Of a stretch of 64,000 nucleotides of DNA, positions 19,301 to 28,616 are shown piece by piece; position 1 is the stretch's first letter, and every line of letters begins with the position of its first letter. Location: IMG/VR virus record IMGVR_UViG_3300037067_011375, positions 62,001 through 126,000 of that record; one strand, written 5' to 3'. This DNA is from an uncultured virus (IMG/VR IMGVR_UViG_3300037067_011375) (lineage: Duplodnaviria; Heunggongvirae; Uroviricota; Caudoviricetes). Position numbers and translations under genes: made by a program. A model generated the notes under the pieces. It had not been told where the DNA came from, ran no database searches, and worked only from the letters and a program-made list of their open reading frames with translations.

Positions 19301-19817
19301 GCACCGTGCCTGCGTGGCGTTCGACACGATCGACACCCCCAACGAGAAGGAAGCCCTGCTCCTCGGGACCGCGTCGATCACGTGGCTCGAGGCCCTGGGG
19401 ACCGGGACTTACCGGTACGCCGAGTCCGTGACGGTTGATACGACCGAAAAGGCGCTCAACGAGATTTCGGCCCGGACCCAGGCACACTTTGTCGTCCGGT
19501 ACATCCGAAATCGCATGAATGATGCCATGATCGCGTTGGTGCCGCCGAGCCCCCTGGCCGGCGTGGCCCTGCTGGCCGGTTACCTGACTCAGTTGCTCAG
19601 TGCCCTGGTGTCGGCCCAGATCATCGCGCCGTACGGGTCGGAGCAGAATCCTCCGGTCCAGCGGGATGTGTCGTCAGAAGATTACCGAGTCCTGGTTGAC
19701 GAGACTGACCGGACCCTGTACCACTTCAAGTTTTTCTTCAACGGGCGCTACCCGATCAAGCGGCTCTTCGGTCTTTACTCGATTGACACGAAGTTCTGGG
19801 CTGCTTCGGCGGCGTAA
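16356..19817 (+). CDS. Tail sheath protein (large, with inserted domains)
   Basis: N-terminal 'YTVPGT...PCIVG'; C-terminal sheath core with 'DGSFVAA', 'EISAR' and 'YPIKRL'; followed by tube and tape measure genes. Confidence 0.8.
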   Translation: MAIADLRLTTSRYTVPGTIIDFVPQPQAGTPQGTPRYPCIVGRGHRLARETSIPHIRARVYGEQLAFSTTAPYVASLDHNAAPDQTLAQLYSQSGQPVDADKWRFLVDVATGTLYNRVQVDATAYDHTATYYIEYQSIDRDVQDDLQFDDLREMLLVGDSGGQNQYVEYEDYRVVTGLTGSATDPDALTPGTANTHLTGTVSALVKTGAVGTGLVTFTAGNSYTGAYNRRYRLTVSGANQFDLTITNLSGGNAQVPNVPANAANASTFVLVGGGPTWTSVQITGNPAIYTVTPLPNYVEDDGLRLTFDLNGGAFGVTDYYEWTAYAPGKIEFCSAHDNDNQYSTVNDPVELGIFSADPAVAATQASGGVVTIHSDTDYVGDFDRSYFIQCTAQGGGPAPVARTATIYWNGYGELPYTNSGVVTVTEGGNASDVLLENGVHLVFNFGTAHASIDTTNTITTPDATTLSSAITLANMIRTQFNAHDFDAGPVWHFGGPGTHQITAAVATDLATLRTLCLDIQTKYAAHLADLTEHVLADTIWSLDSDLTVSATSTLAAVIAWANDVKAKYNRHRQANGFAGTVPQSDTWRVDAKAARRNFTAKDDRNVTVTVNTFVPATTFPISYTSSTLEGGSGTVTITDYSDPWVDLPDSIRLMVRNLSTTESYTANNTFTFSTVCYDTVDWTLVSRSSETIAEDDIVLDTLGNVTGTPLNYYLDLQYTPEQVLRVKRADTGVAVSYTWITGTPYVAFLTDPATDITVDYEHRGDEPDPGMSYYVSANRLRGLDEYDTPRRFLSPDESRAALYPATTDNHLWMASEIMWNAAPFGIYVVQARALSGDNHFVAADYKRAIDATEVTSEISDVTVLSPAGSWGLVTAYAKNSCEKMNSPFEAKERLLFCGAPVGTAIGDESTADTLVYYARRSLQCPPSGKAKGNIILLGNTTATRSFQLEDGSSTTVTLDGSFVAAHTAALVASFPNPTDTILHRACVAFDTIDTPNEKEALLLGTASITWLEALGTGTYRYAESVTVDTTEKALNEISARTQAHFVVRYIRNRMNDAMIALVPPSPLAGVALLAGYLTQLLSALVSAQIIAPYGSEQNPPVQRDVSSEDYRVLVDETDRTLYHFKFFFNGRYPIKRLFGLYSIDTKFWAASAA

Positions 19818-19833
19818 ACAGGAAACCAGGATT

Positions 19834-19894
19834 GCCGGCGACAACGATTATTCATAAATTGCTTGTCGGAACTATCGTTGCTCGCCGGCCTTTT
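19834..19894 (+). terminator. Long hairpin after the sheath gene (terminator/attenuator-like)
   Basis: GCCGGCGACAACGAT...ATCGTTGCTCGCCGGC followed by CTTTT. Confidence 0.5.
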
Positions 19895-19898
19895 CACC

Positions 19899-20318
19899 AT
19901 GATCCTTGAGTCCAAAGCCCAGTACGACGGAGCCAACGACATCGTCCATGTCGTGTCGTGGATCCTGTTGGACGACTCGACTCCCGCGACCCCGGCGCTG
20001 TCGAGCGGGACAGTCCAGTTGCTCCAAGGCAATGAAACTGAGTTCACGCTGGATTTTGACCGCCGGGACGTCATGTTGATCCCCCAGGACGACGGCGTCA
20101 CCTTCACCGATATTGGCCAGTTCTACTGCTTCGTGATGCACCCGGCTCAACAGCGAAACTTGACCGCCCGGGTTACCGCTACCCTGGCCGATGGGTCAAC
20201 AGCCACGGTTGTAATGCCGGTGGAGTACAATCGAGAAAACCAACGGGCTGCCACGCTCAATCCAATGATTAGCGGGCGGGAAAATCCGCAGTTTCCCCAG
20301 GACCCAAATAAGCCGTAG
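19899..20318 (+). CDS. Hypothetical structural protein
   Basis: ORF in the tail cluster with beta-rich composition. Confidence 0.55.
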   Translation: MILESKAQYDGANDIVHVVSWILLDDSTPATPALSSGTVQLLQGNETEFTLDFDRRDVMLIPQDDGVTFTDIGQFYCFVMHPAQQRNLTARVTATLADGSTATVVMPVEYNRENQRAATLNPMISGRENPQFPQDPNKP

Positions 20319-20330
20319 AAAGACTCCACG

Positions 20331-20762
20331 ATGCTGTACCCCATCAGAGCAGATTGGCCCGTAAGTGTCCCGGCTGGTGACGACTACACCTTCACGGTCG
20401 AGACTACCGCGTTGGCGAACACCAGGGCGATCTACCACCCGGTACTCCGGTGCTACAATTTTTCGTCAGGTTCTTTGGACCTGACGATTTCCCACACCCT
20501 GGACCTGGGGTCTGGTGATGACCCGCTCCATAACGGGACCTTCACGATGGTGGTGGTGCAGGACACCATTCCGACCAGTTCTTACCTGGACTACGATTTT
20601 GGTGGGATCCATTTGGCCACCGACACGACCCTGACGATTTACCACAACGTCACGGTCGCGAACGCCGGGGCTGCAGATCGCATTTTTCACGCGGTACTGT
20701 TCGGCGAGGTCGAGACCGCTACCCAGTTGCCGGCGTCGGCGCCAATCGTCCGGAACGCCTAA
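20331..20762 (+). CDS. Hypothetical structural protein
   Basis: ORF in the tail cluster. Confidence 0.55.
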   Translation: MLYPIRADWPVSVPAGDDYTFTVETTALANTRAIYHPVLRCYNFSSGSLDLTISHTLDLGSGDDPLHNGTFTMVVVQDTIPTSSYLDYDFGGIHLATDTTLTIYHNVTVANAGAADRIFHAVLFGEVETATQLPASAPIVRNA

Positions 20763-20778
20763 CGCTCAGGAGCTTTAA

Positions 20779-21315
20779 ATGGCACAGAATCTTGATTACA
20801 CGTTTGCCGCGAATCCTTTCGGCGTCCAGACCCCGCCGCTTGATTACACCCACCAGCACGCCAATATGACCAAAACGTACCATGGGATCGCCATGGCGTT
20901 TAATGGTCGGGTGGTTGGTCGTCTGCAGTCGTGGAGTACCGCCGGGGCCAAGAAGCGCGGCGCCAAGGCTGTGTACGAACTGAACAACAAGACGTTCGGA
21001 CGGCCGGTTGACACGATCCCAGGGATTGCCACGGGCTACGCGATCACGGCCTCGGCCATGGAGATGTGGGGCAGAGAAATTGAATTTGTTGCAGGCTCAA
21101 CCACGCGATTTGTTGACCTAATCAGCCAGACGGCTCCCTTTACCGCCGATGAGTTCTGGTACAAGGGGTCAGGGCTCTACGAGACTTGGTCGTACCTGGG
21201 TTGCTGGCTCACCGATATGGACCAGGACGCCTGGACCGCCGAGGGTGACGCGACCTACAAGAGCAACGTGAACTTCGCCTACACGGCTCGAGTTTACACC
21301 AGGCACACAGCCTAA
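20779..21315 (+). CDS. Tail tube protein
   Basis: 178 aa, downstream of the sheath; 'VGRLQSW', 'VYEL', 'YLGCWLTD' and a final beta strand fit contractile tube proteins. Confidence 0.75.
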   Translation: MAQNLDYTFAANPFGVQTPPLDYTHQHANMTKTYHGIAMAFNGRVVGRLQSWSTAGAKKRGAKAVYELNNKTFGRPVDTIPGIATGYAITASAMEMWGREIEFVAGSTTRFVDLISQTAPFTADEFWYKGSGLYETWSYLGCWLTDMDQDAWTAEGDATYKSNVNFAYTARVYTRHTA

Positions 21316-21361
21316 ATTTTTGCAGATTTTTTGTTTCTGTTTTGCCATCGTTCGGTAAAAC

Positions 21362-22622
21362 CTGCTACTTTCCTTGTGAACACAGGTGCCCACGGTGAAA
21401 TTCCTGTTTCAGCGACGGCAGTTTCACCAACCTCGAAAGATTGGTCAGCGCTCCCATCTCGGCAGGCGTTGATTCGGGTGTAGCCCACCCTATTTGTTTC
21501 AGATTTATGGCAGCGTTGTGATCCCGGTCGCAGGTGAAACCACACTCAGGACAACAGAACGTCCTGACATTAAGGCCCAGTTTTTCCACCACGTGGCCAC
21601 ATTGGCTGCACCGCTTTGACGAAGGGAACCAACGGTCCGCCACCACGACCTTGGTTCCATACAGTGGGGCTTTGTACTCCAGTTGACGCCGCAGTTCGCC
21701 CCAACCTTCATCATGGATTGCCCTGGCCAATTTGTGGTTCTTGACCATGCCCTTCACATACAAATCCTCGATCACGACCGTTTGGTTTTCGCGGCAGATC
21801 CGAGTAGTTGTTTTGTGAAGAAAATCGTTCCTGCTCCAGGCGATTTTGCGGTGAAGCCGGGCCAACGCCATCTGGGCTTTCTTGCTGTTCCTGGATCCCT
21901 TCTGTTTACGGCTGAACCGCCGTTGTTTCCTCTTCAGTTTCTCTTGGGCTTTTCTCAGGGCCTTGGGCCCCTGGATCTGTTCTCCGGTTGACAACGTTGC
22001 GGTAGTCTTGATCCCAAGGTCAACCCCGATGGTGCCATCCGCTACCCTGGCTCGCTCAGAATGCTCGACATCAATCTGTACAGACAAAAACCAAGCGTCA
22101 GCAACACGTTTGACCACCGCCCCCATGATCTTGCCGACGAAGCGTAATGGCTCGCGAGTCTTTACCCAGCCCAACACCGGGATCCTGACGCGGGTGCCAT
22201 CCAGGCTGAATTTATCGTTGGCCATGTAAAACGAGTCATGTTGACCCTTCCGCTTGAGTTTAGGATACTGTGACACACCTTTATGCAATCTGGTGAATGC
22301 GTTTTGCACATTATGAAACGGTTGCGCGGTGCAGTCACGATGAACGTCATATGTCCATGGAAACTGTTCTCCACGAATGGTATTAAAGCTTGCGCGTAGT
22401 TTTCTACCACTGGGTTTTTCACCTGCTTGATGCAGTCTGGTCCACTCGGCCAGCGCCCAGTTGTAGGTGAAACGGGCCACCCCGCAGGCCCGAGCAAAAT
22501 ATTGCTCCTGCTTGACGGTGGGGACTAAGCGTATGGAGTGCGCCAAGATCATGAACTAGTATTTTACCCTTGTCTAAAGATTTAATATTAAAAATAAAAG
22601 CAGCGACACAGAGCGGTAAAAC
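21362..22622 (-). mobile_element. Non-autonomous tnpB-only element (IS607/IS1341-like), ends approximate
   Basis: tnpB lies opposite to the operon with an AT-rich left end; CGGTAAAAC occurs at both junctions (21353-21361, 22614-22622). Confidence 0.7.
21365..22552 (-). CDS. tnpB: RNA-guided endonuclease TnpB
   Basis: N-terminal HTH_OrfB, RuvC 'GVDLG' and 'IEDL', zinc ribbon CSQCG/CPECG, 'DRDHNAAIN'. Confidence 0.95.
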   Translation of the reverse strand: MILAHSIRLVPTVKQEQYFARACGVARFTYNWALAEWTRLHQAGEKPSGRKLRASFNTIRGEQFPWTYDVHRDCTAQPFHNVQNAFTRLHKGVSQYPKLKRKGQHDSFYMANDKFSLDGTRVRIPVLGWVKTREPLRFVGKIMGAVVKRVADAWFLSVQIDVEHSERARVADGTIGVDLGIKTTATLSTGEQIQGPKALRKAQEKLKRKQRRFSRKQKGSRNSKKAQMALARLHRKIAWSRNDFLHKTTTRICRENQTVVIEDLYVKGMVKNHKLARAIHDEGWGELRRQLEYKAPLYGTKVVVADRWFPSSKRCSQCGHVVEKLGLNVRTFCCPECGFTCDRDHNAAINLKQIGWATPESTPAEMGALTNLSRLVKLPSLKQEFHRGHLCSQGK

Positions 22623-22686
22623 ACTCTTGCTGAACCAAGATTTTTCAGTGACCTCTACGGATGTCACAGAAACAGCAGGTGTCGCC

Positions 22687-23514
22687 ATGCCCACGTTTCG
22701 CCGGATCGATCAACAAGGTGAACGTGCGGCCCAGTTGCTCCGCTTGGCCACCCGCCTGATTCTTCGATCCCTTCCATCGCCTTCCAGCACCACGGTCGAT
22801 AATGTGGTCCGCACCCTGGTGAAAGCCTATGGAGTGATGCCGTTGCAACGGATCTCCATGGCCAAGGAAGCGATTGAAAAGGCCCAGGTGACCAGAAGGG
22901 CCGAAACCCTCCGGGCAGTCCACGTGATGCTCGAGCAGGTCCTCCAGGATCTCGGGCAGTACCGGGTCCAGCCCACCGTGGTGCCACAAGAGCCAGACGT
23001 ACTGGCCAGTTGGCTCCAGGCCGTTGGGGACAAGGGTTGGCGTGTCGCCGTCAAGGCCCCGGAGGAACCGGACGACTTGGCCGACGGGTTTGAACTGTCG
23101 GCCCAGTACCTTGATTCCATCGTGGTGAAGGTGTCGGCCCTGCTGGCCCAAGATCAGCAGTATGGAACGGTAGAGTTGCCCTGTATCCTGATGCAGGGCT
23201 ACGCGATCCCGAAACAGACACTCCAGGATTGGTCCGCGGCACCCAAGCGGTTGAACATCACGATCGTGTACGGCCAGTACATTGCGGTCCAGCCGGTCAA
23301 GTGTATCGGGGTCCACGCCGATTTATTGGAAATGCGCGGTGGCGGTTTGGCACTTTCCCGCGTCAACGACATCGCTGCTGTTAGCAACGTCACGGCCGCG
23401 GATGTAGTGCCGGCTCCCCGGCGCGTTGGCAACCATTATTACTGCCCGGTGTTTGACGCCCGTGACGAGCAACGGCGGCATTTCATGCAGTGGCACCCGC
23501 TGGTCCAGCGGTAA
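22687..23514 (+). CDS. Hypothetical protein in the tail cluster
   Basis: Long ORF; start moved to ATG 22687 because the upstream extension lies inside the IS end. Confidence 0.6.
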   Translation: MPTFRRIDQQGERAAQLLRLATRLILRSLPSPSSTTVDNVVRTLVKAYGVMPLQRISMAKEAIEKAQVTRRAETLRAVHVMLEQVLQDLGQYRVQPTVVPQEPDVLASWLQAVGDKGWRVAVKAPEEPDDLADGFELSAQYLDSIVVKVSALLAQDQQYGTVELPCILMQGYAIPKQTLQDWSAAPKRLNITIVYGQYIAVQPVKCIGVHADLLEMRGGGLALSRVNDIAAVSNVTAADVVPAPRRVGNHYYCPVFDARDEQRRHFMQWHPLVQR

Positions 23515-23522
23515 AGGAAACC

Positions 23523-24590
23523 ATGGCTCAGAAAACTGGTATCAGGCTCCCGATCAATCCGCCGCTCAATAACCCGGCTCCGGTGCCCCAGCAGGACCCG
23601 GGGCAACTGGATGAGCGGCGACTCCGGCAAGTGTCGGTGGCCGACTTGGTTAACCAACACACCCAAGCGACCGGAACCGATTTGTTCGGGCAGTCAAATG
23701 ACCCGGACCATATCGCTCAGGATTTTCAACAGGACGTCGCGGCGATCCAGCCCGACGCCACGACCATCATGGGGGACCCCACTGCTCCGCCGCCCACTGG
23801 CCCCGCTGTTACCCCAGGGGTTGCCCCGGAGCCCAGTGCCCCGGCCCCACAGGATCGTGACGACGCCGCCACCATGCTGAACCTCCTGTCCGACGAGATC
23901 GTCCGGGCCAGGCGGGCGGGCAACGAAGAAATCGCCCAGCAGCTCCACGACGTGTTCATGCGGCTCAACAACGATGCCGCGACGCTACAGCGGGTCCACC
24001 GGGTTAAACAGGTCAACCCCGTGTTGGCCAAGCTCAAGGCCAACCTGGGGCTGGAGAAAATCCAGCCGGTGGAAGTCCCCTGGGCTGAGTTCACTTGGCG
24101 GTTTGCCGCGATCCCCGCGGCTCTGGACCGTTGGGTCGCCATGATGGCGGCGTCGGTTGGCGTGGACTACTGGTCGGTCTTGAAATTAGCGGCGGGGCTC
24201 GTCGCGATCGACAAGGAACCCCTGTGGAAGGTGTTCAACATTGACCTGTCGGCTGACTACAAAAACGAGAAGGACGGCACTACCACAACGATCCCCCGGT
24301 ACATCAAGCTCTGTGGTGTCTGCGGGGCCGACGTGCACCTGGAGGAAATGCTGGACCAGTGTCCTGCTTGTGGAGCCTTGCTGGACCCCTACGACGTGCC
24401 CCTTGGCCTCAGGGCCAAGTACGCGGAGGCAGCATACGGATTTTTCCAGGATTCCTTTGGCCCTTACGAAAATCTACAGGACCTTTTTGTCCTGACCCAG
24501 GCGGCGATGCCGGACCGCTATAATCAGCGGGCCGACCTCTACCCTTTTCTCAGACTGTCGAGGCAGCCGAACGACTCGACCCCCACCTGA
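23523..24590 (+). CDS. Tail assembly chaperone (gpG-like, with zinc ribbon)
   Basis: Lies before the tape measure gene; CGVC/CPAC; ends just after the slippery site C CCT TTT. Confidence 0.7.
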   Translation: MAQKTGIRLPINPPLNNPAPVPQQDPGQLDERRLRQVSVADLVNQHTQATGTDLFGQSNDPDHIAQDFQQDVAAIQPDATTIMGDPTAPPPTGPAVTPGVAPEPSAPAPQDRDDAATMLNLLSDEIVRARRAGNEEIAQQLHDVFMRLNNDAATLQRVHRVKQVNPVLAKLKANLGLEKIQPVEVPWAEFTWRFAAIPAALDRWVAMMAASVGVDYWSVLKLAAGLVAIDKEPLWKVFNIDLSADYKNEKDGTTTTIPRYIKLCGVCGADVHLEEMLDQCPACGALLDPYDVPLGLRAKYAEAAYGFFQDSFGPYENLQDLFVLTQAAMPDRYNQRADLYPFLRLSRQPNDSTPT

Positions 24591-25042
24591 AAATCTGGCG
24601 GCGGGTTTGTGGGCGATTGAGGTTGTCACCGCTCAACCCTGAGGCGCAGCAGCTGTACCACAACCACACGGCCTTGATGTGGTGTGATCACCAGATGGCC
24701 CAGGACCAGAGCGACGAATTTGACCGGCTCGGTACCTTGTTGGGGACCCGGTGGACCAAAGACCAGGTCGCCACGATGTTCCAAAAGGGCAAGGGGAAAG
24801 CCACGCCCGACACCGTCATGATCCCCCTGGCCTTCATCGTGCAGCCGGAATTCCAGGAGGCCCTGAAGTCTATCTGGGGCACCTCGCTGCACAAACCCCG
24901 GTGGGTCGGGGACACCTCCGAGGTTGTGGAAGCCTCAACCTTGCCGAAGGAACAGTTCCTGGCCATGACGGCCGCGTCGAGCATCGCGGCCAAGGTCCAG
25001 CAGCTCAGGATGCAGCGTAACAACACCCCTGGCTCAAAATAA
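24542..25042 (+). CDS. -1 frameshift extension of the tail assembly chaperone (gpGT-like)
   Basis: The -1 frame is open from the slippery heptamer (24542-24548) to TAA 25042, with no good independent start or RBS. Confidence 0.75.
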   Translation, partial: PFSQTVEAAERLDPHLKIWRRVCGRLRLSPLNPEAQQLYHNHTALMWCDHQMAQDQSDEFDRLGTLLGTRWTKDQVATMFQKGKGKATPDTVMIPLAFIVQPEFQEALKSIWGTSLHKPRWVGDTSEVVEASTLPKEQFLAMTAASSIAAKVQQLRMQRNNTPGSK

Positions 25043-25054
25043 AGGGTAGACATT

Positions 25055-27856
25055 ATGGCGAACAATCTTCCGGGCGGACCTCCTGTAAGTCCTGGTGGAC
25101 CTGCTGCCGCGGTTCCAGCGAACCCCCTGGTCCAGACGCCCACGACCACCGTTCCGGTCAACACCGCAGCAATCAACACCAACACGGCCGCGATCCAACA
25201 GAACACCGGGGCGATCAACGAGAACGCCGATGCCACGGGCCGCTGGACACGACTCCAGGAGGACCAACGCAAGACGTTCCGTGATTTCCTGAAAGAGGAA
25301 GTCGAAGGGATGCGCCAGGCTGCCGCGGCAGCCGGGGATTATCGACGGTACATCTCGGAAGTCACGGGGGCATTTAGCGGGATGGCGGCCAAGATGAAGG
25401 AGCAGACCTCCCTCTCGACCATCTACAACAATGCCCTGGGTCAACTATCCGAGGGAACCAAGTCCTATACAGCATCCCTCCAAGCCAACACCGGGGCCAT
25501 CGGGGACGCTACCCAGCAGTCAACGGCGTTTGTCACGGGGCTCCAGGCCGCCCAGGCGCAGTCACACGAGTTGGCCGCGCGCTACAACATGGACGCCGGG
25601 GCAATCGCGAAAGCCGGGGAGACCGCGACCCAGATGTTCGCGACTCAGTTGGGGGCCATCGGGGATGTATCGGGAGGGATCAAAAGTCTGCAAAAAGAGT
25701 CGGTCATCTTCTCGCGGTTTTTCGGCACCGACATGACCGCCGTGATGCAGCACTGGCAGGAGCGCATGGAGCACTCCAACATGACCCTCACGGAGGCCAA
25801 GGACGAGACTGCCCTGCTGGCCAAGGTGGCGGACCAGTATGCAATTTCGCTGGGTAAACTGGGCGACAAAATGCTCCAGACGGCCCAACTGGGTAAAAAA
25901 GAATTCCTCGAGATGGCCAAGCAGATCAATCAGGAGTTTCGCCTGGGGGTCCCGAATGTCGTGGCCTACACGGCCGCGATGGCCAAGATGTCGTTGGAGG
26001 CAGCGAAAAAGGGTTCCACCAAGATCGAGCAGGCGACGACCAGCCAGGGTCTCTTGAAACTCATGAACGAGATGACGTCCACGGAAGGCCAGTGGGGCGT
26101 CATGGCGTTCAACGCGGCACAAAAATCCTGGCAGCAGTTCAACACGGCCCCCGAGACCATGTCGAAAGAGGCGCGGTCTCGCCTGGAAGGTCGCAGGGGC
26201 CAGATTGAGGCGGCGTCGGGTAGCACGGTCGTGCAGGCCGGGCTCATCACCGAGGCCATGAAGGGTACGTCTGACCTGGCCATCAGCGCTCTCAAGAGCA
26301 TGAAGGAAAAGGCTGGCGGCGACCAGGTGGCCCTGACCGCGATGCTGCGGCCCATCGTCGGGTCCATGACGGCCGCTGCGGACATTGCCGAAGGGCTGAA
26401 CACCGGGTCAATCGAAGAGGTATTTGAGAAACACAAGGAAGCCCTGATGGGCGAGGCCGAAAAACAAAAGACCGCTACCGAAAAGCTCGTGACTGCTGGG
26501 GCCAAGACCAATTCCACGCTGCATTCCATGGCCAAGGACATCAACTCAATCTACCACTGGATGATCGGGATGGCGGTCGGAAGCCCAGTCATGACGGCGC
26601 TCAGCACTGTAATTGGGGGTGCGGTCATGAATAAGGTATTGGGCAGCACCATTGCGGCGCTTGGGCCCAAAATCTTGGCCACAGCGGCACCGACCGCATT
26701 GTCTACCGTAGCCCCAGCGGCGTTGTCCACCGGGGTGTCAGCTGCTGGCGGTGCTGCGGCCATCAAGACCGCGTTGGCTGGCGGTGCCGCAGCCGCTAAA
26801 GCCACTGCGCTCGCAGTGGCGCCGGCAGTTTTGCCGACTCTCTTGGTAGCTGCGGCAGCCTACAGTGGATACAAATATCTTGGGGCCAAAGACGAAGCTA
26901 AAAAACTAAGTAAAGGTGGCCGGAAAGTCGATACTTGGGACGTACTGGCCAACCAGATCAATAATGTTTTGGGTGGTGGTGGTGGGTGGCACGCCCGTGA
27001 ATTCGTCTCGTCAATGACGTTCAAGGAACTGGCCGCCCAGAAAAAGAAAATAGCGCAGATGGAGAAGGAGATCAAAGATAAGGAAACCAACGGCAAAGCC
27101 CTGACCGAGGCAGAAAAACAGGAAATTATCCTTAAAAAGCGAAAGTTGGAAGCCGAGAAAGCCAAGATCGCCGCGATCGTGGCCGAGGAGAAAAAGATCA
27201 AACCCTTCACCGACAAGGAACTGGCCGAGCGCCAGCTCGCGGTCATTAAACACGTAGCCGGCCGGGTTGCCTCGGGGGCCAACGTTGGGGGCCGAGGGGC
27301 AATGGGCAGCGCGATGCTCGGGATGGCCGAAGACTCGGCCAGTATGGCCAAGGAGTTGGTCGGGAGTCTGGGCCTGGGGGTTGGCAGCATGGACGCGGGT
27401 GAAACCCTCGCGGGATTTTTGCACGGTGGCTCCCCCGAAGCCGCGGCCTTGATGAAAAAGTTGCAGGCCAAGAGGATTTCTCAGGAGTCATTTGAGTCCG
27501 AAGTTGACGATAAGTTGAAGCGGAAGCAACTGGAATACGCTGGGGTCGACACCACTGGAATGAACAGGATGAAAATGTACGAGGAGTGGGGTAAAAAGAT
27601 CACCTATGGGACTTCGGTCACGGGCCTGACCCCTGAAATACGAGAAGCAATGTCTCGTGGGTCTGAGAAACGTTATGGGGGCACCGGGATCACCGGGGTG
27701 GACCCGTCCAGTGACCTCAGCGAGGTCAGGAAGAATCCCGACGGATCAGTTGATTTGGTTACGACCATGAAGGTAACGAGCAAACTTTCAGCAGCTGGTG
27801 CTGGAATCATCAATGCGGTCGGCGCCTGGGCCAATAGTGGCGGCGTCGCTGGCTAA
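25055..27856 (+). CDS. Tape measure protein
   Basis: 933 aa, Ala/Gly/Met/Lys-rich and helical, with hydrophobic stretches; follows the chaperone genes. Confidence 0.8.
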   Translation: MANNLPGGPPVSPGGPAAAVPANPLVQTPTTTVPVNTAAINTNTAAIQQNTGAINENADATGRWTRLQEDQRKTFRDFLKEEVEGMRQAAAAAGDYRRYISEVTGAFSGMAAKMKEQTSLSTIYNNALGQLSEGTKSYTASLQANTGAIGDATQQSTAFVTGLQAAQAQSHELAARYNMDAGAIAKAGETATQMFATQLGAIGDVSGGIKSLQKESVIFSRFFGTDMTAVMQHWQERMEHSNMTLTEAKDETALLAKVADQYAISLGKLGDKMLQTAQLGKKEFLEMAKQINQEFRLGVPNVVAYTAAMAKMSLEAAKKGSTKIEQATTSQGLLKLMNEMTSTEGQWGVMAFNAAQKSWQQFNTAPETMSKEARSRLEGRRGQIEAASGSTVVQAGLITEAMKGTSDLAISALKSMKEKAGGDQVALTAMLRPIVGSMTAAADIAEGLNTGSIEEVFEKHKEALMGEAEKQKTATEKLVTAGAKTNSTLHSMAKDINSIYHWMIGMAVGSPVMTALSTVIGGAVMNKVLGSTIAALGPKILATAAPTALSTVAPAALSTGVSAAGGAAAIKTALAGGAAAAKATALAVAPAVLPTLLVAAAAYSGYKYLGAKDEAKKLSKGGRKVDTWDVLANQINNVLGGGGGWHAREFVSSMTFKELAAQKKKIAQMEKEIKDKETNGKALTEAEKQEIILKKRKLEAEKAKIAAIVAEEKKIKPFTDKELAERQLAVIKHVAGRVASGANVGGRGAMGSAMLGMAEDSASMAKELVGSLGLGVGSMDAGETLAGFLHGGSPEAAALMKKLQAKRISQESFESEVDDKLKRKQLEYAGVDTTGMNRMKMYEEWGKKITYGTSVTGLTPEIREAMSRGSEKRYGGTGITGVDPSSDLSEVRKNPDGSVDLVTTMKVTSKLSAAGAGIINAVGAWANSGGVAG

Positions 27857-27870
27857 CCAAGGAGATCAAA

Positions 27871-28098
27871 ATGTCCAAGAAGCTTCAACAGTCAATTCAG
27901 AGCGGTGTCGTGAAAGTGCGGAACTGCACCGCAGGGGTCGTGGCCATCACGATCGCGACTCCAGCGGGCACCCCGGTGGTCCTGCACCTGACCGCCAATA
28001 CCACGATGGAGTTGGCCCCCAAGCACACCACCGCCGAAATGGTCCAGCATGGAAATCTTGGGGACCTGATCAACCGGGGTCACGTCGCGGTGGTCTAA
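27871..28098 (+). CDS. Small hypothetical protein
   Basis: AAGGAG RBS; 75 aa. Confidence 0.6.
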   Translation: MSKKLQQSIQSGVVKVRNCTAGVVAITIATPAGTPVVLHLTANTTMELAPKHTTAEMVQHGNLGDLINRGHVAVV

Positions 28099-28100
28099 CG

Positions 28101-28610
28101 ATGGCCTGCTGCTGTATCCATGACGACCGGGAAGTCGCAGAAGACCTCCTTGTTGTCCACCACGTTGAACCCCAAGGGTTCGGCGGATTGGACGTGCCGG
28201 AAAATCGAGTTTTCCTGTGCGATTATTGCCACGGGGTACTGCACCGAGCTGAACAGAAAATGGCCCATGGGAAACAGGGCCATGCCGTCGACATGGTTCA
28301 GCGGTATCTACCGAACCAGCCGGGGCGACAGCAACGGATGCTCCGGCTGATCAACATCGCGGTCACGGCCCGGCAAAATCAGCAACACAGCGGCGAGGTC
28401 CCCGAGGCCGGTGAAACCGCCGAGACCATCGTGATGTCGTTGGAAATACCCCGTTGGCTCCACCACCGGCTCAAAACCTTGGCCCTGGGGAAAATGGGGC
28501 TCTACCGCTACTGCGCTACCATCCTGGAACACCACGCCAACGCGGCGGTGTCGGGCCGCCCTGTTGATCCTCCTGCCCCTAAATCCATCCAGCTGATCAA
28601 GCCTCGCTAA
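28101..28610 (+). CDS. HNH endonuclease with C-terminal RHH-like segment
   Basis: 'HHVEPQGFGG...NRVFLCDYCH..LH'; start ATG 28101. Confidence 0.8.
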   Translation: MACCCIHDDREVAEDLLVVHHVEPQGFGGLDVPENRVFLCDYCHGVLHRAEQKMAHGKQGHAVDMVQRYLPNQPGRQQRMLRLINIAVTARQNQQHSGEVPEAGETAETIVMSLEIPRWLHHRLKTLALGKMGLYRYCATILEHHANAAVSGRPVDPPAPKSIQLIKPR

Positions 28611-28616
28611 CAACGA

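Noticed and set aside
16959..19487. Long antisense ORFs (e.g. 16959-18068, 18231-19487; similarly 41286-42554)
   Set aside because: These are shadows of GC3-biased sense genes, with no RBS or recognisable motifs.
26971..26987. (GGT)n run in the tape measure gene as a phase-variable tract
   Set aside because: An in-frame triplet repeat encoding a short Gly linker; the frame is intact.
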